Shown here: positions 19,208 through 28,762 of the stretch, piece after piece
Numbering within the stretch: the stretch's first letter is position 1
Layout of the letters: every line of letters begins with the position of its first letter
Assembly (NCBI GenBank): GCA_016933575.1
Contig: JAFGAR010000040.1
Span: 64,001 to 128,000 of the forward strand
DNA length: 64,000 nt
Origin: Candidatus Thorarchaeota archaeon
Lineage (GTDB): Archaea; Asgardarchaeota; Thorarchaeia; Thorarchaeales; Thorarchaeaceae
Reading direction: 5' to 3'
Made by a program: the position numbers and the translations under genes
The notes under the pieces: generated by a model
Seen by the model: the letters and a program-made list of their open reading frames with translations, nothing else
Database searches by the model: none
What the model was told of the DNA's origin: nothing

Positions 19208-21322
19208 ATGGACCGGCAGAAAGGAATCGACGTATTGTTCAATCCTCGCACAATAGCAGTGATTGGAGCATCAGAGACCCGTGGGAAACTTGGTAATGAT
19301 GTCATGAGGAATCTTATCGAGAGCGGATATGAAGGTCGAATATATCCAATAAATCCAAAATCGAGTGATATTCTTGGTCATAGAGCATATCGGTCGATTA
19401 TAGATATAGCTAGCACCATCGATGTTGCTGTCATTGTAATACCTGCCAAATTTGTGCTGAAAGCTGTAGAAGAATGCGGAGAAAAAGGTGTCAAAGCCTT
19501 AGTCATCATTACAGCTGGCTTCAAAGAGATTGGTCACGAAGGGCAAGAACTCGAGAAGAAGCTTGTTGATCTCGCTGAGAAATATGAGATGGTCATCCAA
19601 GGTCCCAATTGTCTTGGCATCATCAATACATCATCTCCTTACAACGCTTCATTCTCTTCAGGAACTCCCAGTAAAGGAACAATTGCTTTTGCCTCACAAT
19701 CTGGCGCTCTTATGACAGGTATTCTGGATTGGAGCCTTATGGAAAAGATTGGATTCTCAAAATTCGTAAGTCTTGGAAATAAGGCTCATCTCAATGAAGC
19801 TGACTTCATTGAGGCTTTTGGTCGCGATCCCGATTCAACGTTTATTCTCCTCTATATAGAGTCTGTAGTTGATGGGCACAAGTTTATGGAAGCCTGTCGA
19901 AAAGTCATTCCACAGAAACCAATCTTTGTTGTGAAATCGGGAGTAAGTGCTGCAGGCGCTAGAGCCGCATCTTCGCATACAGGATCTTTGGCTGGAAGTG
20001 ATACTGCTTATGATGTCGCTTTCAAACAGTCGGGAGTTCGAAGAGCTAATGATATGGCTGCTCTCTTTGACATTGCATCAGTGTTCGATGACATGTATCT
20101 GCCATCAGGAAACCGTGTAGCAATTGTGACAAATGCTGGGGGTCCGGGTATTCTCACAACAGATGCCTGCGAAGCTAGTGGTCTTGATATTGCTCAACTC
20201 TCATCGCAGACAATAGAATTCCTTAAGGAAAATCTGCCTCCTGCTGCCGCTGTCTATAATCCCATTGATGCGCTAGGAACTGCTCAACCTGAAGATTATG
20301 GACTTTGTATCGAGGCTGCACTTCGAGACGAAAATGTCGACTCAGTATTAGTTCTCTTAACTCCCCAAGCTATGACCAAAGAAACTGAAACTGCTCAAGT
20401 GATTGTTGATGCCCATACAAAATATCCTGACAAGCCTTTGATCGCAGTATTCATGGGCGGTAACTCGATGGTCTACCCAAGGATTGTGTTGACAGAAGGT
20501 CATATCCCCGTTTTTGATTTTCCAGAGCGAGCTGTGCATGCTCTTGCAGAGCTCTACAAATATACTGTAAGCCGGGATAGTCTTAGAGATGAATCCATAC
20601 CTAAATTCAAGGCAGATAAAAAGAAGGTTGAGAAAATCATTAGTGATGTGCGAAAAGATAACCGACGCGTTCTCCTTGGCAATGAAGCTCATGCTATAGC
20701 TGAAGCGTATGATATTCCGGTCGCAAAAATACGACTTGCAACGAGCTCGGAAGAAGCAAAGAATCTTGCAGAAGAACTTGGTTATCCAGTGGTCTTGAAG
20801 ATAGCAAGCCCTGATATAGTTCATAAGAGCGATATTGGTGGAATTAAGGTAGGTCTCAAGACGCCTGAGGAGGTTGAGGCAGCATTCCTTCAGATTCTCG
20901 ATAATGCCAAGAAACATATGCCTAAGGCGATTATCTATGGTGTCGACATACAGGAGATGGCTGAAACAGGAAAAGAACTGATCATTGGATGTTCTAGAGA
21001 TGTTCAGTTTGGTCCTCTGATAATGTTTGGAGCTGGTGGTATCTTTGTTAACTACCTCAAGGACATCTCCTTCAAACTTGCTCCTATGACACGAACTGAT
21101 GCTAATGAGCTCATCATGGAGACCAAAATTGGTACGCTTTTGAAAGGTGTCCGTGGTGAATTACCAAGTGATGTGATTGCTATAGAAGATACTATTCTGA
21201 AAATCAGTCAGCTTGTTACTGATTTTGAAGAGATAGTTGAACTTGATATCAATCCCGCCTTTGCCTATGACAAAGGAAAAGGTGTATCAGCAGTTGATGT
21301 GAAAATTACAATCGGCGGGTGA
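19208..21322 (+). CDS. acd: ADP-forming acetate/acyl-CoA ligase, fused alpha-beta
   Basis: IAVIGAS, GPNCLG, SQSGA, SHTGSLAG, HKSDIGG, LDINP. Confidence 0.93.
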   Translation: MDRQKGIDVLFNPRTIAVIGASETRGKLGNDVMRNLIESGYEGRIYPINPKSSDILGHRAYRSIIDIASTIDVAVIVIPAKFVLKAVEECGEKGVKALVIITAGFKEIGHEGQELEKKLVDLAEKYEMVIQGPNCLGIINTSSPYNASFSSGTPSKGTIAFASQSGALMTGILDWSLMEKIGFSKFVSLGNKAHLNEADFIEAFGRDPDSTFILLYIESVVDGHKFMEACRKVIPQKPIFVVKSGVSAAGARAASSHTGSLAGSDTAYDVAFKQSGVRRANDMAALFDIASVFDDMYLPSGNRVAIVTNAGGPGILTTDACEASGLDIAQLSSQTIEFLKENLPPAAAVYNPIDALGTAQPEDYGLCIEAALRDENVDSVLVLLTPQAMTKETETAQVIVDAHTKYPDKPLIAVFMGGNSMVYPRIVLTEGHIPVFDFPERAVHALAELYKYTVSRDSLRDESIPKFKADKKKVEKIISDVRKDNRRVLLGNEAHAIAEAYDIPVAKIRLATSSEEAKNLAEELGYPVVLKIASPDIVHKSDIGGIKVGLKTPEEVEAAFLQILDNAKKHMPKAIIYGVDIQEMAETGKELIIGCSRDVQFGPLIMFGAGGIFVNYLKDISFKLAPMTRTDANELIMETKIGTLLKGVRGELPSDVIAIEDTILKISQLVTDFEEIVELDINPAFAYDKGKGVSAVDVKITIGG

Positions 21323-22392
21323 TTATAGTGGCGAGGAACATTGTGATTACAGGCGATACTGTAACTGGCAAGACAATGGTTGCAATTGCCTTGACAAATC
21401 GGTTCAAGGCAAATGGCAAGTCCGTTGGATATTTTAAACCCTCTGGCATGAAGAGTTTCATTCATAGTACCCCTGATGAGGATGTTGACGAAGATGCTGC
21501 AGTCATGAAAGAACTTCTAGGAATGGATGAGAAGTTGAGCTGCATCTGTCCAATTGTCCGCCATCTGTCAAGTTACGACGAACTACTTCGTATTGGGAAA
21601 GAGACCTTACACACTCGAGTATTCAAGTGCTATGAGCATATCGCAAAAGATAGTGACTATGTCATTATTGAAGGTACGAAGTCACCATGGAATCTTCTAC
21701 ATGTTGGACTATCTACACCAGAGATTGCTCAGGAGCTTGATGCGACTGTGATTTGTCTTGTTAACTTCCCCGATATCACTGCAATTGATGATGTTTTGAT
21801 GCAGAGCGAGCTTTTCACAAGTCATGGTATAAGTAAGATTGGAATTGTGCTGAATCTTGTGCCTCCTATGTTGAAGAAAGTTGTAAATGAAAACATCCGA
21901 CCCTTCTTTGAAGAACGTGGAATGTCCTTCTGTGGGGTACTGTACGATAACAGGGAACTGTTCAGTCCCACTATTGGAGAAATTTTGAGAGCCTTGAATG
22001 GTGAAATGGTCATTGGTACTGAAAAGTTGGATCTGCTTATTGACCAGTTTATTGTGGGGAGCATGGCTCCTGAAAACGCACTCAAGTGGTTCCGTAGGTC
22101 AAAAGATAAAGCAGTAATAACAAGTGGCGACAGAACTGACATCTGTCTTGCTGCCTTGGAAACTGACACAAACCTGCTTATTCTGACTGGAGGGATTGGT
22201 CCTGACATCGGTACACTGAGTAGAGCTCGTGAACTTGGTGTTCCCGTTATGATGACTGCACTCGATACATATGGAACAAGCAGAATTGTTGATGGTCTAA
22301 TTGGAACCATCACCGTAGAAAATAAGGAGAAAATCGCGGCTGTTGGCAGAATTGTGGGTGAAGCTCTCCAGCTCGATTCACTAGATTTGTAA
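21319..22392 (+). CDS. Phosphotransacetylase N-terminal (BioD-like/DRTGG) protein
   Basis: TGKT, GYFKP, IEG, ITSGDRTD, LILTGG. Confidence 0.88.
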   Translation: MIIVARNIVITGDTVTGKTMVAIALTNRFKANGKSVGYFKPSGMKSFIHSTPDEDVDEDAAVMKELLGMDEKLSCICPIVRHLSSYDELLRIGKETLHTRVFKCYEHIAKDSDYVIIEGTKSPWNLLHVGLSTPEIAQELDATVICLVNFPDITAIDDVLMQSELFTSHGISKIGIVLNLVPPMLKKVVNENIRPFFEERGMSFCGVLYDNRELFSPTIGEILRALNGEMVIGTEKLDLLIDQFIVGSMAPENALKWFRRSKDKAVITSGDRTDICLAALETDTNLLILTGGIGPDIGTLSRARELGVPVMMTALDTYGTSRIVDGLIGTITVENKEKIAAVGRIVGEALQLDSLDL

Positions 22393-22401
22393 AATGGGGA
22401 A

Positions 22402-22420
22402 GGGAGCAATAAGTGCTCCC
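22402..22420 (-). terminator. Hairpin terminator
   Basis: GGGAGCA-ataag-TGCTCCC; pyrimidine tail on the minus strand. Confidence 0.55.
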
Positions 22421-22423
22421 GAC

Positions 22424-22495
22424 TTAGAAAGAAGTGATTGTGCAATCGCCGGGAGGAGCTTGCACATTCAAAACGAGTAGTAATAGACCTCCCAT
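22424..22495 (-). CDS. Putative 23-aa small peptide MGGLLLLVLNVQAPPGDCTITSF
   Basis: AGGGG SD 4 nt before ATG; terminator hairpin directly after TAA. Confidence 0.35.
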   Translation of the reverse strand: MGGLLLLVLNVQAPPGDCTITSF

Positions 22496-22703
22496 AAGTC
22501 CCCTTGTATAGTTGAGCTATTACATGGTTATTATACAGGGGGTATTCTGTGTGTGATACAGACACTGTCACCATAATTCTAACCAGATATACATGGTAAA
22601 ACCTCAAAATTGCTCATCTGAGTTTGTTTTTCAATTCCTAGCAATACATTTATGCTAGGGTAAATTATCGAAATTCTGTTATTCTTAAATATGAGGTGAA
22701 TAA

Positions 22704-23468
22704 ATGGCTTCAGATGCTGAAAAGTCAGAAGCTGCTGGTGAAGCTCTTGACACTGTGAGGACCGATAAAGAACTCGAGTCTTTGAAGTGGATTAGAGAGC
22801 GCCGTTCTATAAGAGAATTCACTGGCGAGCGTATACCTGACGAACATATAGAATTGATCCTTGAAGCTGCTCGGCATGCACCAAGCCCTGAAAACATGCT
22901 GATGATACGCTTCGTTGTGATCCGTGATGATCAGGACATGAAAGTTTTTCTTTCAGATATTGCTCAAGAGATGGCTCAGACTGCTTTTGGTGGAGCCCCC
23001 TTTGAACTCACTAGTGGTCGTAATTGGTTTATTGGTGATCCACACAGGGCTGCAGTCTATGCGCGTCTACGAGATGGCGAGCTTTTCCGATATCCGGAAA
23101 AGAGTGATGCAGTAATTATTGTCTGTGCAAGCGAGTCTTGGCATGATGCAGGCTATCTGTATCCGAACGAGCTTTTCGGATCAGTTGTTTCTGGTATGGC
23201 AATCCAGAACATGTGGTTAACAGCCACAGAGCTTGGGTATGGTTGTGGATATGAAGCACTTGTTTGTTCGGATCCACGACATGCTGAATTGATACGTGAT
23301 AAGTTAGGAATTCCTCCAATCTGGGTTCCTCTAACTGCATTCTGTATTGGTAAACGAATATCTCCAAGAGCACTTGGACCAAGCAGACCTCCACTTGAAG
23401 GATTGATGTATGCTGAACGTTGGGGACATCCCTACAAGCGTCTTGCTTTTAGAGAGGAGGGTGAATAA
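22704..23468 (+). CDS. Nitroreductase-family flavoprotein
   Basis: RRSIREF, ILEAARHAPS, AIQNMWLTATELGYG. Confidence 0.88.
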   Translation: MASDAEKSEAAGEALDTVRTDKELESLKWIRERRSIREFTGERIPDEHIELILEAARHAPSPENMLMIRFVVIRDDQDMKVFLSDIAQEMAQTAFGGAPFELTSGRNWFIGDPHRAAVYARLRDGELFRYPEKSDAVIIVCASESWHDAGYLYPNELFGSVVSGMAIQNMWLTATELGYGCGYEALVCSDPRHAELIRDKLGIPPIWVPLTAFCIGKRISPRALGPSRPPLEGLMYAERWGHPYKRLAFREEGE

Positions 23469-23996
23469 ATGGACGTAGAATTCAAAGGCGAAACCCTTGC
23501 GAATATGAAGAAGCTTGCAGAAGAGGCTGGTCTTACTCCTGAAGGTCTTATCGAGGTAGTAATGCAACAATTCGTTGATAACAAAGGCGCTAGAGTTTAC
23601 ACTGGCCGTTGGTCAAAGGGTGAAGTGGATGGTGTCAAAGGCTTCAGATATGTGCCTCAATGGCCATTCAGACCTGGTTTCAAGGAAGCTGACGGTTCAG
23701 AGGTCAAACGATGGAAATCCGATTCTAAGAAATTCCGGAAACATCCTACAGGTGCTTGGCCATTCTATCCCCATCTGAAAGAAGGTGACATTGAGCACGA
23801 ATATTGGAGTTCAAAGAAGATGTACCATCAAGCCTTCTTGAACGATAGAAAAGGTCGCATTGTGACCTTGATGGATGGTGATAAATATGAAACCTTTCTC
23901 GATACCGTCAAAAAGCGAAAGGGCAACTTCTGGACCACCACAATCGAGCAGGTCATATTTGAAGCGATCGATGACTGGATGGCAAAGGAGGAATAA
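23469..23996 (+). CDS. Hypothetical protein, possibly two RHH-like units flanking a repeated WPFxP motif
   Basis: Operonic position; WPFRPGFKE / WPFYPHLKE. Confidence 0.65.
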   Translation: MDVEFKGETLANMKKLAEEAGLTPEGLIEVVMQQFVDNKGARVYTGRWSKGEVDGVKGFRYVPQWPFRPGFKEADGSEVKRWKSDSKKFRKHPTGAWPFYPHLKEGDIEHEYWSSKKMYHQAFLNDRKGRIVTLMDGDKYETFLDTVKKRKGNFWTTTIEQVIFEAIDDWMAKEE

Positions 23997-23998
23997 GA

Positions 23999-24358
23999 AT
24001 GAGTCAATTACAAGAATTTTTCAAATTCCTGATGTCGCAAGTTAACTCAAAGGATGATATGAAAGCTCACCTTGCTACGTGGGTCGGACCCTATCATGGC
24101 AAGATACTCCAAGTGCATACCGAGGAAGGAGCTCAATATATCGTCGTGACAAAGGAAGGCATGAAACTCTTTGATGGTGTCTATCCAAGCCCTGATGTAA
24201 TATACAAGGCAAACTCATCGATACTACTTGGTATCTTTACTGGTGAAACACCATTCAAGGATACTATGAAAGATGGCAGTCTTCAGGTCATTGGAAATGC
24301 TAACGAAAGTGATCCCCTTGCCAATCTAATCCTCGTTGCAATGACAGGTGCACTCTAG
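23999..24358 (+). CDS. SCP2 sterol/lipid-binding domain protein
   Basis: PDVIYKA...IFTGE.PF...M.DGSLQVIGN. Confidence 0.75.
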   Translation: MSQLQEFFKFLMSQVNSKDDMKAHLATWVGPYHGKILQVHTEEGAQYIVVTKEGMKLFDGVYPSPDVIYKANSSILLGIFTGETPFKDTMKDGSLQVIGNANESDPLANLILVAMTGAL

Positions 24359-24370
24359 GAGGTCCAAATT

Positions 24371-25495
24371 ATGGCTGTCAATAAAATCGCGGTCATTGGC
24401 TCTGGACTCATGGGCTCAGGGATAGCTTATGTTTCTGCTTGGAATGGGATTCATGTTACTATGGTCGACATAAAGCAGGAATATATCGATGCAGGAATGG
24501 AACGCATTCGAACAGATGTGATGACTGGAATCGATAAGGGCAAAATCTCAATGTCCGAAGCTGAGGGTCTCATGAGCAGGCTCAATGCTACTATTGATCT
24601 TGAAGGCGCTGTAAAAGATGCTGACATGGTCATCGAAGCTATCTTTGAGAACATGAAAGTCAAAAAGGAGGTTTTCGCGAAGATTGATGCAGCAGCTCCT
24701 CCACATTGCATCATAGCGTCAAATACATCATCCTTGAGTATCGATGAACTTGCTACAGCAACTAAACGTCCTGACAAAGTAATTGGAATGCACTATTTCT
24801 CTCCTGTTGCAGCAATGAAACTCCTTGAGGTTGTCATTGGAGAAAAGACTAGTGAAGAGACTATTGCTGCTGCAATTGCTGTCGGTGAGAAACAAAAGAA
24901 ACAGACAGTAAAGGCGAAGAATAGTCCTGGTTTCATAGTCAACCGAATCTTGATGCCGGTACTCCGAGAGGCAATCATTCTCTACGAACAAGGCGTTGCT
25001 ACAAAGGAAGAAATCGATAATGCAATGACCACTAAGGCAAAATTCCCAGCAGGTCCCTTTACTCTTGGAGATTTTGTTGGTCTTGATGTAGCCTTCAATG
25101 CAATGAGTACACTCTATCGTGAACTCGGCGACTGCTTCAAGCCTCCTGAGGTTCTTGCCAAACTTGTCGAAGAAGGTGCTATAGGTACTAAAGCCAAGAA
25201 AGGTTTCTACCAATACGGTGCTGAGCAAGCAGAACCTGAAGAACCGAAAGGTGTTGACAGTGATTGGCTTGTGAATCGAATTACAATGCCTGTTCTCCGT
25301 GAAGCAATGATTCTAGTTGACCATGGTATTGCTAATGAGAACGATATTGACATTGGAATGAAGCTTGGAGCAAGTTTTCCAGCTGGACCTTTTGAAACTC
25401 TGAACAAAATTGGCAAAGACAAGGTCCGCAACGAGTTGGAAAAGCTACACAAAGAACTTGGTGAATGCTATTCAGTGCCAAAATACCTTGGATAA
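24371..25495 (+). CDS. 3-hydroxyacyl-CoA dehydrogenase with duplicated C-terminal domain
   Basis: GSGLMG, EAIFE, SNTSS, GMHYF, PGFIVNR. Confidence 0.93.
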   Translation: MAVNKIAVIGSGLMGSGIAYVSAWNGIHVTMVDIKQEYIDAGMERIRTDVMTGIDKGKISMSEAEGLMSRLNATIDLEGAVKDADMVIEAIFENMKVKKEVFAKIDAAAPPHCIIASNTSSLSIDELATATKRPDKVIGMHYFSPVAAMKLLEVVIGEKTSEETIAAAIAVGEKQKKQTVKAKNSPGFIVNRILMPVLREAIILYEQGVATKEEIDNAMTTKAKFPAGPFTLGDFVGLDVAFNAMSTLYRELGDCFKPPEVLAKLVEEGAIGTKAKKGFYQYGAEQAEPEEPKGVDSDWLVNRITMPVLREAMILVDHGIANENDIDIGMKLGASFPAGPFETLNKIGKDKVRNELEKLHKELGECYSVPKYLG

Positions 25496-25504
25496 TCCAA
25501 ACTA

Positions 25505-25540
25505 AAGGCAGGTATTTCATCCTGCCTTCTTACCTTTTTT
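25505..25540 (+). terminator. Hairpin plus U-tract terminator
   Basis: AAGGCAGG-N8-CCTGCCTT...TTTTTT. Confidence 0.7.
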
Positions 25541-25647
25541 GAAAATCACGTATTTTCGAGATTATAGAAGGTCCGACTCTGTCAAGAATGGAGTTTATAA
25601 GTGAGACCGGTTCTCATTTTTGTTATCGTCTCCGTAAAGGTGGTATC

Positions 25648-26460
25648 ATGCCAGAATTTGAGACAATGCTATACTCAAAAGAGGGTTCGTTCCTTTCACC
25701 TGCAAAGAACGTAGCCGTAATTAAAATGAACAGAGTCGATGCTCTCAACAGCATTAATGACCAATTCCTCAAAGATCTTGTTGCTGCCCTTGAAGCGGCA
25801 GAGAAGGATCCTGAGGTCAGATCTGTAGTTATTGCATCTGCACATGATAAAGTGTATTGTACTGGTGCAGATCTGAAGATGGCTCAGGGTTACCTCGGCA
25901 AACCCGATCAAGTCAAACCCTTGCTCGAAGAAGGTCAGCAGGCAATTGATGTCATTGCAAAGCTCAGCAAACCAGTAATTGCAGCGATTAATGGTCTCTG
26001 TCTTGGCGGTGGCGCTGAGATTGCTCTTGCATGCGATATTCGCATCTGCGACACTGAAGCAAAAATTGGCACCCCTGAAGTATCTCTTGGACTCATACCT
26101 GCTTGGGGTGGTTGTATGAGGCTTCCAAGAATTGTCGGTCTCGGAAAAGCCATGGAGCTTATCCTAACTGGCGGCCAAGTAACTGGACCAGAAGCTCTGG
26201 AGATCGGTCTTGTCAGTAAGGTAGTTCCAAAAGAGGAGCTTCTCAGCCAAGCTATGTGGTATGGAGCCAAACTTGGTGGCAATGCTCCAATTGCAGTCAA
26301 ACTGGCTAAGCAGGCGACTCACATGGCATTTGAAGAGAATTACCAAAATAACTTAGTATTCCAAACCAAGGCTGGCGTTGAGTGTTTTGAAACCAAAGAC
26401 CTTGGAGAAGGAATCTCATCAGTCTTTGAGAAACGCCGCGGCAAATTTACAGGTGAATAG
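25648..26460 (+). CDS. Enoyl-CoA hydratase/isomerase
   Basis: GADL, AAINGLCLGGGAEIALACDIR, PEVSLG.IP. Confidence 0.92.
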   Translation: MPEFETMLYSKEGSFLSPAKNVAVIKMNRVDALNSINDQFLKDLVAALEAAEKDPEVRSVVIASAHDKVYCTGADLKMAQGYLGKPDQVKPLLEEGQQAIDVIAKLSKPVIAAINGLCLGGGAEIALACDIRICDTEAKIGTPEVSLGLIPAWGGCMRLPRIVGLGKAMELILTGGQVTGPEALEIGLVSKVVPKEELLSQAMWYGAKLGGNAPIAVKLAKQATHMAFEENYQNNLVFQTKAGVECFETKDLGEGISSVFEKRRGKFTGE

Positions 26461-26471
26461 TATTTTTCTTG

Positions 26472-26506
26472 AGACCCCGGTCATTCCGGGGTCTTTCTTA
26501 ATTTTT
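26472..26506 (+). terminator. Hairpin plus U-rich terminator
   Basis: AGACCCCGG-tcatt-CCGGGGTCT-ttcttaattttt. Confidence 0.7.
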
Positions 26507-26622
26507 CATTGTTAAGCGTCAAGCTTAAGTCCTCGTTGGTAATCGTCGATTGTCTTACAATTTAATATAGACAGAGTTCTGCTACAATACCCTTTGCAGA
26601 CTCTTCACACGGAGGATACAAA

Positions 26623-27789
26623 ATGGTAAGAAAAGTCGCTGTGGTCGCAGGTGGCCACAGTAAATTTGGAAAAAGATATGATGCGACTATGCGAGAGCTA
26701 TGCGCAGAGGCGTACAAACCAATCTATGATGAAGGTATTACGCAAGATAGGATAGACGCAAGTGTTCTCTCATATGCTGCATCACAGTTTACAGGCCAAG
26801 GTGCTGGCTCAGCTCTTATGGCTGATTATGTGGGTATGCAGGAAAAACCCCATCTGAGAGTCGAATCCGCATGTACAACTGGTACTGCAAGTCTCCGAGC
26901 AGCTTGGGGAATGGTTGCCGCAGGTCTGTATGACGTCATGCTTGTTATGGGTGTGGAACAGATGAATCGTGTGTCATCAGCAACTGCCACCGAATATATG
27001 TCACGAGCTGGAGACATGCGTTGGGAATATCCCTATGGAATATCATTTCCAGCGTTCTATGCTCTAATGGCTTCTCGATATATGAGTGAATACAATATGC
27101 CTCATGATGTGCTAGCAAAGATAGCTGTCAAATCACATTTCTATGGTGCTCAGAATCCTAAAGCACACCTTCCAAGAGAGGTTTCCTTTGAGGAAGCAAA
27201 TAACGCTGTCCCGATTTGCAGACCTCTTAATTTGTACGATTGTAGTCTGATTACAGACGGTGCTGCTGCTGTTGTTATAGCTGCTGAGGATCGAGTAAAG
27301 GAGTTTACAGATCGACCGATGTGGATTAAAGGCATTGGAGCTGGAGCATCAGAGATGATGATTCAGGACCGTCCAAGTCTTACCTCCATTCCTGGTGCAA
27401 AACGAGCTGCAAAGGCAGCCTACAAAATGGCTGGACTGGAACCAAAAGATATGAACATGGCGCAGGTACATGACTGCTTCACAATTGCAGAGCTTATTGC
27501 CTACGAGGACTGCGGATTTGCGGAACCTGGAAAGGGCCGTGAGATTGTCGAGAATAAGGAGAACTACATTGATGGTAGAATCCCTGTCAACTGTGATGGT
27601 GGTCTTAAGAGTAAGGGTCATCCTCTCGGAGCCACAGGAGTATCGATGACCTATGAGATCATGAAGCAGATGAGAGGCGAAGCTGAGAACTTATCACGAC
27701 AGATCAAAGATGTGCAATATGGCTTGGCACACAACGTAGGACAATCCGGTCAATTTGTCAATGTATTCATCTTTGAGAGGGGATGGTAA
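26623..27789 (+). CDS. Archaeal/SCP-x-type thiolase
   Basis: VESACTTG, DGAAA, VHDCF, GGLKSKGHPLGATG. Confidence 0.93.
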   Translation: MVRKVAVVAGGHSKFGKRYDATMRELCAEAYKPIYDEGITQDRIDASVLSYAASQFTGQGAGSALMADYVGMQEKPHLRVESACTTGTASLRAAWGMVAAGLYDVMLVMGVEQMNRVSSATATEYMSRAGDMRWEYPYGISFPAFYALMASRYMSEYNMPHDVLAKIAVKSHFYGAQNPKAHLPREVSFEEANNAVPICRPLNLYDCSLITDGAAAVVIAAEDRVKEFTDRPMWIKGIGAGASEMMIQDRPSLTSIPGAKRAAKAAYKMAGLEPKDMNMAQVHDCFTIAELIAYEDCGFAEPGKGREIVENKENYIDGRIPVNCDGGLKSKGHPLGATGVSMTYEIMKQMRGEAENLSRQIKDVQYGLAHNVGQSGQFVNVFIFERGW

Positions 27790-27790
27790 A

Positions 27791-28207
27791 ATGGCAGAGA
27801 AAAAAGAAATCTACTTAGGATATTCAACCGACAAAGCAATGACTCCGTTCTTTCAGTCGTTCCTAGAGGCTCTCGACCAAGAGAAGCTCATGAAGAGTAA
27901 GTGTACAAAGTGTGGAGCAGAATATCTTCCACCAAGAGAACACTGTCAAAAAGACATGAGTAAGTGCGAATTGACTGAATTAACCGAAAAAGAAGCAAAA
28001 CTTTACTCCTATGTCATTGTTGACTTTGCTCCTGAATCTCTTTCATCAAAAGCACCTTATGTCGTAGCCATCGGTGAATTCCCATCAGGCCTGCGGTTGA
28101 CAGCTCATATCACTAATCTAATGTCTATGCCTGAAGTTGGTATGCCGCTCAAGCTAGGCTTTGAGAAAGTTGATGAAAAGAAAATCACTTACAAGTGGTT
28201 AGTATAA
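27791..28207 (+). CDS. DUF35 Zn-ribbon/OB-fold thiolase partner
   Basis: KCTKCG..YLPPR..C; directly after the thiolase. Confidence 0.9.
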   Translation: MAEKKEIYLGYSTDKAMTPFFQSFLEALDQEKLMKSKCTKCGAEYLPPREHCQKDMSKCELTELTEKEAKLYSYVIVDFAPESLSSKAPYVVAIGEFPSGLRLTAHITNLMSMPEVGMPLKLGFEKVDEKKITYKWLV

Positions 28208-28213
28208 TCGAAC

Positions 28214-28245
28214 GGGGGTTATTACCCCCATCTCTCCTTTTTCTA
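28214..28245 (+). terminator. Hairpin terminator
   Basis: GGGGG-ttatta-CCCCC followed by a pyrimidine run. Confidence 0.55.
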
Positions 28246-28248
28246 TTT

Positions 28249-28593
28249 CTACTTATGATATTTTGAAAACATCTCTAATAGCTGTGTCCATCGTGATTGC
28301 AATAGTACAGCCTTAAGGGTCTCTAAGTAGATTTTTGATGCTTCAACAGAATTGCAACATCCAATCTCTGCAAGAGCTTGATTAATAACCTCAGTGATAT
28401 CATTGAACCGTCTTCTTCCTTCGTTCCTTAGATACCCCGCAAATCGGATGTAGTCTCCGTTCTTTTTATCAAGACCTTCAAGGATATGACTCTCGTCTTC
28501 AACAAGGACTCTTAGTTCATAGGAACTCTCTAGGGATTTTTTCATGGCACTAAGGCTTTCTATATACACTTGTTTAGTCCCTGCAGAATCCAC
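28249..28593 (-). CDS. Hypothetical protein
   Basis: ORF with AGGAG SD and GTG start. Confidence 0.65.
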   Translation of the reverse strand: MDSAGTKQVYIESLSAMKKSLESSYELRVLVEDESHILEGLDKKNGDYIRFAGYLRNEGRRRFNDITEVINQALAEIGCCNSVEASKIYLETLKAVLLQSRWTQLLEMFSKYHK

Positions 28594-28762
28594 GCGATTT
28601 CTCTCCTTGTATTCCGCTTTCCCATATACTCAAAACGACTAATTAAGCATTAGGGACTCTATCTACTGGAATGATGATTCTATTCCACTTACAATTTATA
28701 ACCTGTATTCAATTGATTTTGTATCCGACTACGACATGCTTTTCAGTTTAAGAGAATATCTG

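Noticed and set aside
21822-22607. 261-aa minus-strand ORF (likewise 61986..62654, 20357..20917 and other antisense ORFs)
   Set aside because: Antisense shadows of well-supported genes
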